Of a stretch of DNA of 64,000 nt, positions 1-9,402 are shown piece by piece. Each line of letters opens with the position of its first letter. The first letter of the stretch is position 1. A program made the translations under genes and the position numbers. Under the pieces are notes generated by a model that searched no databases, had not been told where the DNA came from, and saw nothing but the letters and a program-made list of their open reading frames with translations. Source of the DNA: Thermoanaerobaculia bacterium (lineage in GTDB: Bacteria > Acidobacteriota > Thermoanaerobaculia > UBA5066 > Gp7-AA6); NCBI GenBank assembly GCA_041912555.1, contig JAYRMU010000019.1, positions 9,119-73,118 of the forward strand, written 5' to 3'.

Positions 1-965
1 CGTGCGGCTATCTCCGCAAGAACTCCGTGCTTCAAACCATGCTCCCGGCTGCCTGGAGCACGGGCCGGCTTACTGTCTACACTGGCCGTAAAGCGCTTCA
101 TCTCGTCGGCGCAACCATGAACGGCAGATTCACCGCCACCGGAGTGCTCGTGCGCTGCCGACAGGAGAGGCTTGGCGGCCACGGGACAATCAAGGGCAAA
201 GCGATAGTTGTGAGTGCGGGAGCTGTCGCGAGTAGCGGGCTGCTCCTTCGGAGCCCGGAGATAGCCTCCAGCGGTCTTCCCATCGGGCATCATTTTGCCT
301 TCAATTTCGGCAGCCCCGTACACGCCGAGTACGACACGCCTCAAAGAGCGTTCGATGGCCTTCAGATCGCCCACTATTATCTTGAGAACCACCCTGACGG
401 CTTCGTGATCGAAACCTGGTTCAACCCACCAGCCACCCAGTCGCTTGCCCTACCTGGATGGATGGATGCCTTTCAGCACAATATCGACCGACTCCAGTTC
501 TACGCCTGCGCGGCGCCGCTTGTGGGGTCCAGCAGCCAGTCTCGAATCACGGCCGTGGGAGACAAAGAGACCATTCACATCGCGCTCGGGGCGAACGACC
601 TGGCTCGGATAAAGGCGGGCCTGTTGATGACGAGCAGGCTCTTCTTCAATTCGAATCCCCCGCCTCGTCGCGTCCTCATCGGGGCACCACGTGACTGGGA
701 GCTCACGCCCGCCACGTACGAGGCGCGCATCAACACAATCGCCAACTTTTCCGACATCCAGATCGGAACAGGTCACCCTCAGGGGGGCAACGGACTGAGC
801 TCCGACCCGAAGACGGGTGTTGTCAGCCCTGAATTCCGCGTACACGGAACCAGAAACGTCTACGCTGCCGACGCCAGCGTGTTTCCAACCAGCCTAGGCG
901 TCAATCCCCACTGGACGATCATGGCGCTGGCCGACCTGGCTGCAACGTCCGTTGCCGGCGCATAG
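1..965 (+). CDS. GMC family oxidoreductase, C-terminal part (5' end outside window)
   Basis: C-terminal GMC-oxidoreductase signature ...VHGTRNVYAADASVFPTSLGVNPHWTIMALADLAA. The reading frame is open to the window edge. Confidence 0.7.
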   Translation, partial: CGYLRKNSVLQTMLPAAWSTGRLTVYTGRKALHLVGATMNGRFTATGVLVRCRQERLGGHGTIKGKAIVVSAGAVASSGLLLRSPEIASSGLPIGHHFAFNFGSPVHAEYDTPQRAFDGLQIAHYYLENHPDGFVIETWFNPPATQSLALPGWMDAFQHNIDRLQFYACAAPLVGSSSQSRITAVGDKETIHIALGANDLARIKAGLLMTSRLFFNSNPPPRRVLIGAPRDWELTPATYEARINTIANFSDIQIGTGHPQGGNGLSSDPKTGVVSPEFRVHGTRNVYAADASVFPTSLGVNPHWTIMALADLAATSVAGA

Positions 966-992
966 CACACCCCAACGAGAAGGAAGGCCATC

Positions 993-1571
993 ATGCCAGC
1001 TGACCCATGGACTTACGACACACTGGCTCAAGCCGATAACGCGACCCTCGAAAGCGTGCTCCTTTCATGCGGACCGCCGGACCCCGAGCAACTCAACGGC
1101 TATATCTACTGCGGCTGGAATCACGAGTGGGCGGCTGGGGTCGTCTCGGGCCAGAAGTTCAAGAAGGCATTCTGGAAAAGGGAGGGCAAGAACTTCGGGT
1201 ACAACGAGGTCGTCATCCAGGACCACAAGAAGTACCAAGGTGAGTGGAAGGTTCAGATGCAGCACGGTCACCCCCATCAGCTTGGCTTCTTCCGAGTTTC
1301 CTTGACCAAGGATGAGCCCCCGGTCCAGCTCTATGAACCGTACCGGCACACAGCCCACTTCAACTACGACCTACCAATGAACGACGGCGTCAATTCGTTC
1401 TTTCGCCTTGTTCGCGATTTCGTTGTCCTTCCAAATCCCGACGACCACACACTCATGCTTTGCAAGGCCTATCTCCACTTCGGGCCCACGAACGATCTTT
1501 TCTACTGCTACTTTCTCCTCGGATATCGCCTTCCAATCACGTTCCCACCGCCATGGGCGTTGCCCACGTGA
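993..1571 (+). CDS. hypothetical protein (co-operonic with GMC oxidoreductase)
   Basis: 192-aa ORF with ATG preceded by an aaggaagg RBS, 28 nt after the upstream stop. No recognisable domain. Confidence 0.5.
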   Translation: MPADPWTYDTLAQADNATLESVLLSCGPPDPEQLNGYIYCGWNHEWAAGVVSGQKFKKAFWKREGKNFGYNEVVIQDHKKYQGEWKVQMQHGHPHQLGFFRVSLTKDEPPVQLYEPYRHTAHFNYDLPMNDGVNSFFRLVRDFVVLPNPDDHTLMLCKAYLHFGPTNDLFYCYFLLGYRLPITFPPPWALPT

Positions 1572-1626
1572 CCGGCGCTCAGAAGGCCCCTGCGCCCGCC
1601 AGGCCTCGCAGGAAGGGGACCCGGAA

Positions 1627-3294
1627 ATGACAGCAGGCCTCACACTGAAGGGTAGCGGTCGAACACGGGTGATCGGCCACTTGGCAGCGCTGCTGTTGGT
1701 ACCTGTGGTCGGTTACGCTCTCCTCCGCTACGCACCAGCACTGGATACCGATTTCGCTGATCGAGTGTTCTGGGTCTTCGCCATTCTTCCGGGCCTCACG
1801 GCAGTCCTCAACTTCCTACTCTCAGTGGATCCTCATTACGAGCTGAGTCGGCGTGCCGTTGAGCCGTACTTGCAGGTTCGTAGACGGCAGATCCGCCTGC
1901 ACGGCGCCGAGCATCAGGGTTGGGAGCGAGCCGTCACTGATATGCGGCCTAGCCTGGCCTCTGTCGTGATTGGAGCAGGTGCACTCACGGTCGTCTTCGC
2001 CCTGCCAGCGGCTCTCTCGTCGCCCCGCCGTCCCTCAAGCCTCGGTTTAGAGCGATCAGGTGCTCCGACCGAACCGTCGCGTACTCCCACCACGACGCCC
2101 ACGGCGCAGCTACTGCACTCGCTAGCTGGCGGCTCTCCTCCGCAGTCACCTACCGGGCCACCCGCCGGGCCAGTAGTGAGCCGCACTGTTACCCCGCAAA
2201 CGACTAGTGCACCCGACGTCCGGACAGGACACGCTCCCACGACATCCGGTCCGATCCTCCAATCCACGGCCGCCGCACCCACGCTGGTAGCGTCCCCGTT
2301 GGATGACTCACGCCCCCTTTCTGACGGCGTGATCGGTCTCGTGTTCGCGGGATACGGCGCGTACGTCTACACGTTTCTTCTCGTGATCGGCCGTCTTAAT
2401 TCGAGCGCCCTGACGGGTAAGTTCCTACTCACCTCATCGATTCGCTCAGGTATTAGCCTTCTCTTAGGGTACGTCGTTGGCGTATTCGGGCTTTTCAGTG
2501 CGATCACAACGCCGAAAGCTAGCCTGTTCTTGTATTTCGCGCTCGGTCTCTTCCCGTCATGGGCCTTGGGCGCACTGCGGAACAAAGCCAAAGAGGTCTT
2601 CCAGCCGGCGGAGACCGGCTGCGAGGTCCTACCCCTCTGCCTCGTAGACGGCGTCGAAGACGGTGTCATCGACCGCCTCGCGGAGATCGGAATTACGGAT
2701 GTAGAGCACCTCGCCACCGCGGAGCCGGTAGAGTTCGCCCTTCGCACTCTCTACCCATTCAACCGCGTTCTTGATTGGGTGGACCAAGCCATCCTAATCA
2801 ACTACGTCAAGCACGCGATCGCGGATTTCCGTCGTCAGGGCATCCGGAGCTCGATCGAGCTCGCGACACTCTACGGAGATGCCACACTCCGGATGGGGAC
2901 CTCTACCGGCGTCAAGCCCTATCCGGCTACAACTGCCGGGCCCTCTGCCACTTCGGAGACATCATCGTCCAACACAGAAGGGCAGCGGCCACCTTCGGAG
3001 AACAACACTCAGGTCATCGACTTGGAGGATTCTGTCGCCCGCCAGACGCGAGCGAAGGCCATCATCACGTCGCTGAGCCAGAAGACCACTTTTTCCGAGC
3101 AGTCGCTCTATGCAATCGGGCGCTCGCTCTTCGAGGACTACCTGGTCAACCGAATTTGGGCATATTGGCAACATGTAGCGGAGGAGACCCGTTCCGCGGG
3201 CGGCGAGCGGCAGCCTGATGGTCAAGCTGCCAGTCGACCGGTCGTAGCAGCGGATACCCAGCAGGTGCAACCAGACGTGAAGCCACAACTCTAG
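1627..3294 (+). CDS. hypothetical multi-pass membrane protein with Pro/Thr-rich linker and unknown C-terminal soluble domain
   Basis: An internal ATG at 1627 follows a ggaagggga RBS. It has several hydrophobic segments, a PT-rich low-complexity linker and a conserved-looking C-terminal region (…LAEIGITDVEHLATAEPVEFALRTLYPFNRVLDW…). Confidence 0.5.
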   Translation: MTAGLTLKGSGRTRVIGHLAALLLVPVVGYALLRYAPALDTDFADRVFWVFAILPGLTAVLNFLLSVDPHYELSRRAVEPYLQVRRRQIRLHGAEHQGWERAVTDMRPSLASVVIGAGALTVVFALPAALSSPRRPSSLGLERSGAPTEPSRTPTTTPTAQLLHSLAGGSPPQSPTGPPAGPVVSRTVTPQTTSAPDVRTGHAPTTSGPILQSTAAAPTLVASPLDDSRPLSDGVIGLVFAGYGAYVYTFLLVIGRLNSSALTGKFLLTSSIRSGISLLLGYVVGVFGLFSAITTPKASLFLYFALGLFPSWALGALRNKAKEVFQPAETGCEVLPLCLVDGVEDGVIDRLAEIGITDVEHLATAEPVEFALRTLYPFNRVLDWVDQAILINYVKHAIADFRRQGIRSSIELATLYGDATLRMGTSTGVKPYPATTAGPSATSETSSSNTEGQRPPSENNTQVIDLEDSVARQTRAKAIITSLSQKTTFSEQSLYAIGRSLFEDYLVNRIWAYWQHVAEETRSAGGERQPDGQAASRPVVAADTQQVQPDVKPQL

Positions 3295-3539
3295 CTTGCG
3301 CGCTAAATGATCACCTGCCCCTCATCGATCATCTTCGGTCCGGCGCGGGTGTACGCCCCGCGTAGACGCCTGAGTCGCCGGACCTCCACGACATCGCGAC
3401 GGCGTTGTGAAGGCCTCCCACTCAGCAACGACTAAAGCATTGATACCATCATACCAAGCAAGGAGTTGGCGCCCGTGACGACAATCATTAGGAGCACTTG
3501 CCACCACACGTTCGCTTACCGAGGCAGTCGGCGCAAGCC

Positions 3540-4169
3540 ATGACGACGACAACGCCGCCAGCCGACAGCCTCCTCGCCAAGTTCGCGCACTGGGCCACGT
3601 TATACGCCGCCTACCTTTACTTGGCTGGCTGGGGTTATCTTCGTACCTACTATCACGTATTTGGAGTGGGCGGCTCCAGCCTTGACATAGGTTTCAATGA
3701 CACCTTGGCGCAGGGGTTCGCGGTCCTGTTTGGTAGCGGATGGGCGCTGTCCCTTATCTACGTCGTGGTGTTTGGTCTCTCTGTCGTGGTCGAGATGACG
3801 GCCCTAGGTCGGCGAACGCTCCTGCGCACAGCTTTACCGACCATCCTCGTCGCCTTCTTTCCCGTGACTTATCTTTTCGCAACGCGAGCAGGGATCGACC
3901 GCGCCAATATCGACCGAGGCCAGCACACTACGCTTCCTAGCATGGCGTTCACGGCCGGAACCTGCGCCTACAACGGCAAGCTGGTCCATCTCAAGGGCGA
4001 TTTACTCTATGTCTACAATCTGGCGTATCTCGGCGTCCCCCACTGCTGTGACGGATGTCCTCTTGACCTTTCGAACACATCGCCCTCTGTTCCGCAACTC
4101 TGGCTCATTCGCGCTGCGGACATCAGAGATGTCCGCGTCATACATTACGCAAAGGAGGTTGCCCCGTGA
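3540..4169 (+). CDS. hypothetical membrane protein (about 4 TM)
   Basis: The ORF has hydrophobic helices. Its stop overlaps the GTG start of the next gene. Confidence 0.45.
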   Translation: MTTTTPPADSLLAKFAHWATLYAAYLYLAGWGYLRTYYHVFGVGGSSLDIGFNDTLAQGFAVLFGSGWALSLIYVVVFGLSVVVEMTALGRRTLLRTALPTILVAFFPVTYLFATRAGIDRANIDRGQHTTLPSMAFTAGTCAYNGKLVHLKGDLLYVYNLAYLGVPHCCDGCPLDLSNTSPSVPQLWLIRAADIRDVRVIHYAKEVAP

Positions 4170-4567
4170 CCAATCCCCGACCCGCACTACTAGCTTGGGC
4201 CCCCATTGGTATCCTGTTCTTGGCCAATGCGGTCTCTCTCGGCGCCATACTTTTCAAAGGAGCGCAACCCGTAAAGATTGGTCTTGGCACGCTTGAGGGT
4301 GGCACGATTCGCTGGACTGACTGCAGCGGTAAGCATCCGGAGTCGTTCCAAAGCCCGCCTTATACTCTTGATCTCGCAGACAACTGCACGGTCGGACCTC
4401 CAGCTTTTGGACTCGAGTGTCAGGGTGAGTCGTGTCGGGTCGTCGATCCGAGTAGGCTCGAGAAGTATGTAACAGGCTTTAAGAAGGGCGACTCAATACA
4501 GTTCCGCATTCAAGACCGGTCCGTCACCTTGACGGGGGGCGGGCACGTGCTGACGATAGATAGGTAG
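4166..4567 (+). CDS. hypothetical protein with N-terminal TM anchor and Cys-containing periplasmic domain
   Basis: GTG start 8 nt after an aaaggagg RBS, overlapping the upstream stop (GTGA). Contains an N-terminal hydrophobic helix. Confidence 0.45.
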   Translation: MTNPRPALLAWAPIGILFLANAVSLGAILFKGAQPVKIGLGTLEGGTIRWTDCSGKHPESFQSPPYTLDLADNCTVGPPAFGLECQGESCRVVDPSRLEKYVTGFKKGDSIQFRIQDRSVTLTGGGHVLTIDR

Positions 4568-4751
4568 CGGGCGTGACATACGTCGGAAGCGAAGCTGGTT
4601 CATCCTAGCGATCCGGACAGGTTGTACTCGGCCGCGGTCGGTCGCCGCGTGCTCGGTTTGGGTGTTCGTAGAAGGCGACTCGAGTGGATGTCTGGCCGAA
4701 GCGTGACGAACGACTCGGCGAGTTAGTGCTATCGATAAGACTATTTGACTC

Positions 4752-4790
4752 CCCTCGGCGAGGCCTGAGCAATCGCATCTCGCCGAGGGA
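4752..4790. terminator. putative bidirectional hairpin between convergent genes
   Basis: Near-perfect ~10-bp stem (cctcggcgag … ctcgccgagg) with a 16-nt loop, in the 245-nt gap between convergent gene ends. Confidence 0.3.
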
Positions 4791-4812
4791 CCGTCTATTG
4801 TTGAAACGCCGC

Positions 4813-7422
4813 CTATGCTGGCCTTGCGGCCGTCGGTCTTACGCGGACAGGTGCCCGAAGTCGATCGAGGGCGACTTTCACCTGGTTGTAGATGCTGACC
4901 GGCAGGCCGGGGGCGACTTCGAGAGTCACCATGAGGGCATACGGTACAGCTGAAGGTAGTGAACTTGAAGCATCGGTCCGACAGTTCACTTGCACCTCGA
5001 TCGTCTCGCCTTCCTCTATCGCCACCGCATCGGTTCCCTCGAGGATTTCATGCTGGAGGGTGCCCCTAGTTACCGTGTCATGGTCGACATCTCGGCGTTT
5101 GAGCCTGAGCTTCTCGGTCGGAGGATCGAACCATAGGTCGGCGATTCGATAGTTTCGATGCCGGGGATTGATCGGTGTGAACCAGGCCAACGTCAAAGAT
5201 AGGCGGCGCCCTATCGCCTGGGCGTGCAGGGCGGGAGGAATTGGAAGTTGATAAACATGCGCCTCGTCAACGCCAAGGTCGCCGCTGCCCAGGAGAATCA
5301 CCCGTTGATCCGTGCACAGCGATCCTCCATCGAAATCTGCTGGACCGTACCCGAGAATCTGAGCACACGCACGCTTTAGGCGCCGCCAGCGCTCCGTGCC
5401 TGTATCGGGGGCGTCAAACACATTCTCGATGAAGGCTTCCCACTCTCCCCAGGAGGCGCCGTGAGCGAGCATTGCTTTGAGGATCACGGCGGCCCTCAGA
5501 TCGCTTAACGCGGCGCCGCCAGGCCCCTCTCGAAGCTGCAGGAGCTCGCCGTGAAATTGCGTTGCTCTGCGTGTCGCGAGAGCAGCAGCATTGCTGGTGC
5601 CGCAAGTTCGCCAAGTGTGGTTCGGAGGGACCGCCCTCCCCCCGGGAGCCGCGACAACCTGGCCGGGCTGGCCGACAGCCTTTAGAATCTCGAACTCAGC
5701 CGCAGTCGATGAGGCCGTCACGAGCTTTTGCGCGTAGAACTGGCGCCCGCCCGGCACTAGGATCTCGGGCTTGATCGCCCGGCGGACACCGCTCGCAACG
5801 GGATTAAGGGGACTTGGAAGAGATGCACCCCTGAACAGATCTAGGAGCCTGCCCGCGCCTGCCGACAGGCCGGCCTGCGAGTGCAGCGAACCCACGGTTA
5901 ATGCGTTAACTGACTCCGCAGGTGCGAGCAGTCGACGCTGAACCCTCTGATGAACAATTGAGCGGAGCACATGAGCGCGCAAATCGGCGTCGGCCATTCC
6001 CACGATCGCTCCCGGCGGAGCTGGAACTGAAAGATCGGCCAGGTGGTTGCCCGCCGAAACGACAAAGAGGACCTGATACCTCCACGCGAGCCAATCGAGC
6101 AGTCGTGCCCACGGTGAAATGTAACGGTCGAAGAGCTGCCAACTGTCGCCGATGCTCAAGTTGATGATCTTGACCGATGGGGCCTCGGCAGGGCGATTGT
6201 CGTCCCCCTCAAAGATCCGCCGCACGGCACGATGTACCAAGTCAACTGGAAGCTCATCCGGCGGAAAGGTCTCCCAGCGCTGTCCATTGAAGTCTGGTTG
6301 ACCGGGGATCATCACGGGACGCACATACACTTTTGAAACCAGGGCTGGTTCTCCGGAGTCCAGCTCGCCACGCGTTATCAGCGACGCCATTGAGGTACCG
6401 TGCCGATGTTCGCCTACCCGATAACTCGCTGCGACCCCGTCCGGGTCGTCCAGAGTCAACCGACCTTGGAGAGCGGCGTGGTTAGCGAGCGGTAGGCCGT
6501 CCAGTAGGGCCGCAATGGGTTCACCGGTTGGCAACGGCAGCTCCGGCACGCCCAACGGTGCAGCTTCCGCTGCTACAAGAAGTGAAGCCTGGCCTTTAGG
6601 GGAAAAGTACTTGACGTCCGACACCCGCAAGAGCTTGGTGTCGGCGCCTCGAGCAATGGCCTCCACGGTCTCGCGCACCACATTGGCCGACAGCTCGATG
6701 ACAACGCCGTGATAATCGATCTCAGGAATTGCAGCATCGGAGATGCATTGCCCGTTGGCATCCGAAACAACGGCCCGAAGCCGAGCGTACGCTGCATTTC
6801 GTGCTTCGCTATCGGAGCGGCACCATAGCTCTGCCTCAAAGCGGATGGCCGGATCGTTCGAGGAGAGGCCTTGCTCCCAATACGCCACGACTCCCGTTGC
6901 GAGCACGCGATCTCGTGGCCCCCATTCGCGTACATCATTCAGGTGCTTAAAGACGTCGGCGAGCGCTCCAAAGCCCCGAGGCAACTTTTCGTCCGCGGAC
7001 CGGACCCAGGCTCTCCACAAAGCCAGTAACTCTCTGTACGCGGTCCGATTGCCGACGACTACGAAAAGGCGACCTGAAACCAGGGGTGCAGCAGTGCCCT
7101 CAAGCAAGAAGCCTGAATCCGGGTCTGCAATATCAACGTCGAAATCGCCAAGCCACTCCATTCCGGGGATCCTCTTGACGACCCGCTGGAAGTCGCTGAC
7201 TGAACCGACGGTCTCCAGGACGATCACCTGCTCGGGGTCGACGCCTCCGGAATCTGCTTGGATCGTGCCGAATCGGTTACCTAGAGATGTGAAGCGCTTA
7301 GCCAGGCGTCGCCGTTGCTCAGCTTGGCTCGGTCGGGGGCCGCGAGGAGTAAAACTCTGAGGGAGTTTCGTTCGGGCTGAGGTGGTTGCGGAGGGAAAGA
7401 CGAGAATTGGCTGGTTTGGCAA
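4813..7422 (-). CDS. S8 family (subtilisin-like) serine peptidase, ietS-like
   Basis: Shows the subtilase catalytic signatures HGTSMASLI (His) and GTSNAAALA (Ser). It is 869 aa and lies directly downstream of an AAA+ ATPase with a 12-nt gap. Confidence 0.75.
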   Translation of the reverse strand: MPNQPILVFPSATTSARTKLPQSFTPRGPRPSQAEQRRRLAKRFTSLGNRFGTIQADSGGVDPEQVIVLETVGSVSDFQRVVKRIPGMEWLGDFDVDIADPDSGFLLEGTAAPLVSGRLFVVVGNRTAYRELLALWRAWVRSADEKLPRGFGALADVFKHLNDVREWGPRDRVLATGVVAYWEQGLSSNDPAIRFEAELWCRSDSEARNAAYARLRAVVSDANGQCISDAAIPEIDYHGVVIELSANVVRETVEAIARGADTKLLRVSDVKYFSPKGQASLLVAAEAAPLGVPELPLPTGEPIAALLDGLPLANHAALQGRLTLDDPDGVAASYRVGEHRHGTSMASLITRGELDSGEPALVSKVYVRPVMIPGQPDFNGQRWETFPPDELPVDLVHRAVRRIFEGDDNRPAEAPSVKIINLSIGDSWQLFDRYISPWARLLDWLAWRYQVLFVVSAGNHLADLSVPAPPGAIVGMADADLRAHVLRSIVHQRVQRRLLAPAESVNALTVGSLHSQAGLSAGAGRLLDLFRGASLPSPLNPVASGVRRAIKPEILVPGGRQFYAQKLVTASSTAAEFEILKAVGQPGQVVAAPGGRAVPPNHTWRTCGTSNAAALATRRATQFHGELLQLREGPGGAALSDLRAAVILKAMLAHGASWGEWEAFIENVFDAPDTGTERWRRLKRACAQILGYGPADFDGGSLCTDQRVILLGSGDLGVDEAHVYQLPIPPALHAQAIGRRLSLTLAWFTPINPRHRNYRIADLWFDPPTEKLRLKRRDVDHDTVTRGTLQHEILEGTDAVAIEEGETIEVQVNCRTDASSSLPSAVPYALMVTLEVAPGLPVSIYNQVKVALDRLRAPVRVRPTAARPA

Positions 7423-7434
7423 ACAATCACTCCG

Positions 7435-8412
7435 TCAACCCCGACGCTTGGTCGGTGTGACCTGCCGCGACCAGGCTGTCATACGTTGCCGAACGATTCT
7501 GGGGATATTCGGTTCAGGCGATTCTAGGACAGCGCGCCGTGAAATGTCGAGAAAGAGATCTTCCACTTCGGAATAGCTGGCGCCTCGTAGGTGATTGGCC
7601 ACGCCGGCCACGTCAACCCTTCCCCGAAGATGCAGCCCGGCTATCAACCCTGAGAGGAAGCGATGCAGTTCCTTTGGGCCTGGAGGAGGCAGGTGAAGGC
7701 GAAGCTGGAATCTTCGCCATACCGCTCGATCGAGGAGTTCGGCGTGATTGGTCGCGGTCACGATCACGACGTGTGCGGGAAGTTGGTCCATCTGAAGGAG
7801 CAGCGTGCTGACAACCCTCTTTATCTCCCCTGTTTCGTGGATATCGCCCCGCTCCTTGCCTACTGTGTCGAACTCATCGAGAAAAAGAACACAGGCTCGC
7901 TGTCTCGCAAAGTCAAAGATCTTCCGTAACCGCGACGCCGTTTCACCTAGATAGCTGCCAATTAGCCCTTCATAACGGACAAGAAGGAGAGGTACCAGCA
8001 GGTCGTGCGCGAGGGCGAACGCAACGCTCGTCTTGCCGTTCCCCGGCGGTCCTACGAGCAACACCCGATGACGAGGAGCCAGGCCGTACGAACGGAGCAG
8101 CTCAGCTCGCTGATGTTCTTCGATGAGTAGGCGGCACTCCTCCAGAGCGTGGGGCGGCAGTACCAGGTCGCTTAGAGACCGCTCAGGATTGATTTCGTAG
8201 AGAAGCTCTTCGATGTTCGAGGGCGATGTGGGTTGCGGTGGGCGAGAGCCACCGGCGCCGTTCGAGAGTGCGGTGGCCAGCTGGTCTGCGAGAATCGTGT
8301 GTTGCTTCCCTCGTTCCTCGGCGATCAGCGCCTCGACCGCGCGGCGAAACCGCGGATCGGGGCTCTGCCGGCCGAATTGGACGAGAGAAACAAGCAAATC
8401 AGAGCGCGCCAT
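7435..8412 (-). CDS. AAA+ ATPase, ietA-like
   Basis: Walker A GPPGNGKT, Walker B VLFLDEFD and a sensor/arginine-finger region. It is paired with an S8 peptidase, the ietAS architecture (Gao et al. 2020). Confidence 0.75.
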   Translation of the reverse strand: MARSDLLVSLVQFGRQSPDPRFRRAVEALIAEERGKQHTILADQLATALSNGAGGSRPPQPTSPSNIEELLYEINPERSLSDLVLPPHALEECRLLIEEHQRAELLRSYGLAPRHRVLLVGPPGNGKTSVAFALAHDLLVPLLLVRYEGLIGSYLGETASRLRKIFDFARQRACVLFLDEFDTVGKERGDIHETGEIKRVVSTLLLQMDQLPAHVVIVTATNHAELLDRAVWRRFQLRLHLPPPGPKELHRFLSGLIAGLHLRGRVDVAGVANHLRGASYSEVEDLFLDISRRAVLESPEPNIPRIVRQRMTAWSRQVTPTKRRG

Positions 8413-8609
8413 GATTTCGAGTCGAGTCGCCTCCTCTCGGGGATTCTACGCTGGCCACGGAACGCTCTGGTGCTAACGGTTCTGAGGCCGCGCCCGCCGC
8501 TGCGCCTCAATCATTCCCGGCGCGTGAGCATCGGTTTGCGGCTCTTTGGCGCTGATGTCTTGCGTCGCGCTCGGGCCGGGACTGGTCATCGGCTAGTATT
8601 CCTTATCCC

Positions 8610-9179
8610 ATGAACGCCGAATGGTCGCTGTCGGAAGCCGCGCGTCTTCTCCGCCAACCTCAGCATCGACTCATCTATTTTTGCGAGAAGAAAGTCGTAG
8701 TCCCTGATTTCGGAGACGCTCATGGCCGAGGGAGCAGTCGGCGATTCTCCTCGCGCAACCTGCTCGAATTCGAAATAGCTCTCAAGCTTCGTGGGCTAAC
8801 CGTGCCAGTTGGCTCGATTGGGGCGATTCTTTATGCGTTGCGAGCCTTCGAGGCAAGAGTCGGGCAGCAGATTCCTGGATTCTCACTGCCGGGCGGATTG
8901 AGAACAGGACGAGCGCCAGATCTCCGCGCCCTTGTGACCGACGAGGGGCGACTGTACTTCTCGCTCGGCAGGGGCTCCGCTAGCTCAAAGCTCTACGGAG
9001 GGGTCGATTTCGCCCAATTGGCTGGCTCGAGACGTACTCGGCGACGATCGAGGGCCCGAACAGGCGGACCGGATTTAGCCCTGCCGGCTTTGCCTGCGGC
9101 GCGATCGGCCGAAATGGCCAAAGCCCGGGTAGAGGTCAGCGTGACCCGAATTGCGAGGGATCTTGATTTGGGGCGGTAG
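8610..9179 (+). CDS. hypothetical protein with N-terminal HTH (excisionase/AlpA-MerR-like)
   Basis: The N-terminus WSLSEAARLLRQPQHRLIYF resembles the excisionase-family HTH_17. The gene lies just upstream of the integrase module. Confidence 0.4.
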   Translation: MNAEWSLSEAARLLRQPQHRLIYFCEKKVVVPDFGDAHGRGSSRRFSSRNLLEFEIALKLRGLTVPVGSIGAILYALRAFEARVGQQIPGFSLPGGLRTGRAPDLRALVTDEGRLYFSLGRGSASSKLYGGVDFAQLAGSRRTRRRSRARTGGPDLALPALPAARSAEMAKARVEVSVTRIARDLDLGR

Positions 9180-9192
9180 GCGTTTCGCTAGG

Positions 9193-9218
9193 TTGCTATA
9201 ATAGACACTGTCTATTAT
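9193..9218 (+). promoter_or_regulatory. extended -10 promoter (TGcTATAAT) overlapping a perfect 10-bp-arm palindrome ATAATAGACA-c-TGTCTATTAT
   Basis: Seen directly in the sequence at 9194-9202 and 9198-9218. The palindrome ends at the ATG of the small ORF preceding the integrase. Confidence 0.45.
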
Positions 9219-9402
9219 GACCGAGAACGAGAATCACCGAGGCGGAACGGTCGGGGAGCCGGACGACCGCAGGGCCTTCCTGGAAGACCCGGCGGTTAGA
9301 GCGCTGCTCGATCACGTGGCCGAAGAGCTGGCGTTCGAATTCGTGAGGCTGATGAGGGGTTCCACCGAGGCGGAGGGCAAACCGAAGGAGGAGAAGCCAT
9401 GA
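9217..9402 (+). CDS. small acidic protein (61 aa) translationally coupled to serine integrase; candidate RDF or regulator
   Basis: Its stop overlaps the integrase ATG (ATGA). It starts within the palindrome. Confidence 0.4.
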   Translation: MTENENHRGGTVGEPDDRRAFLEDPAVRALLDHVAEELAFEFVRLMRGSTEAEGKPKEEKP

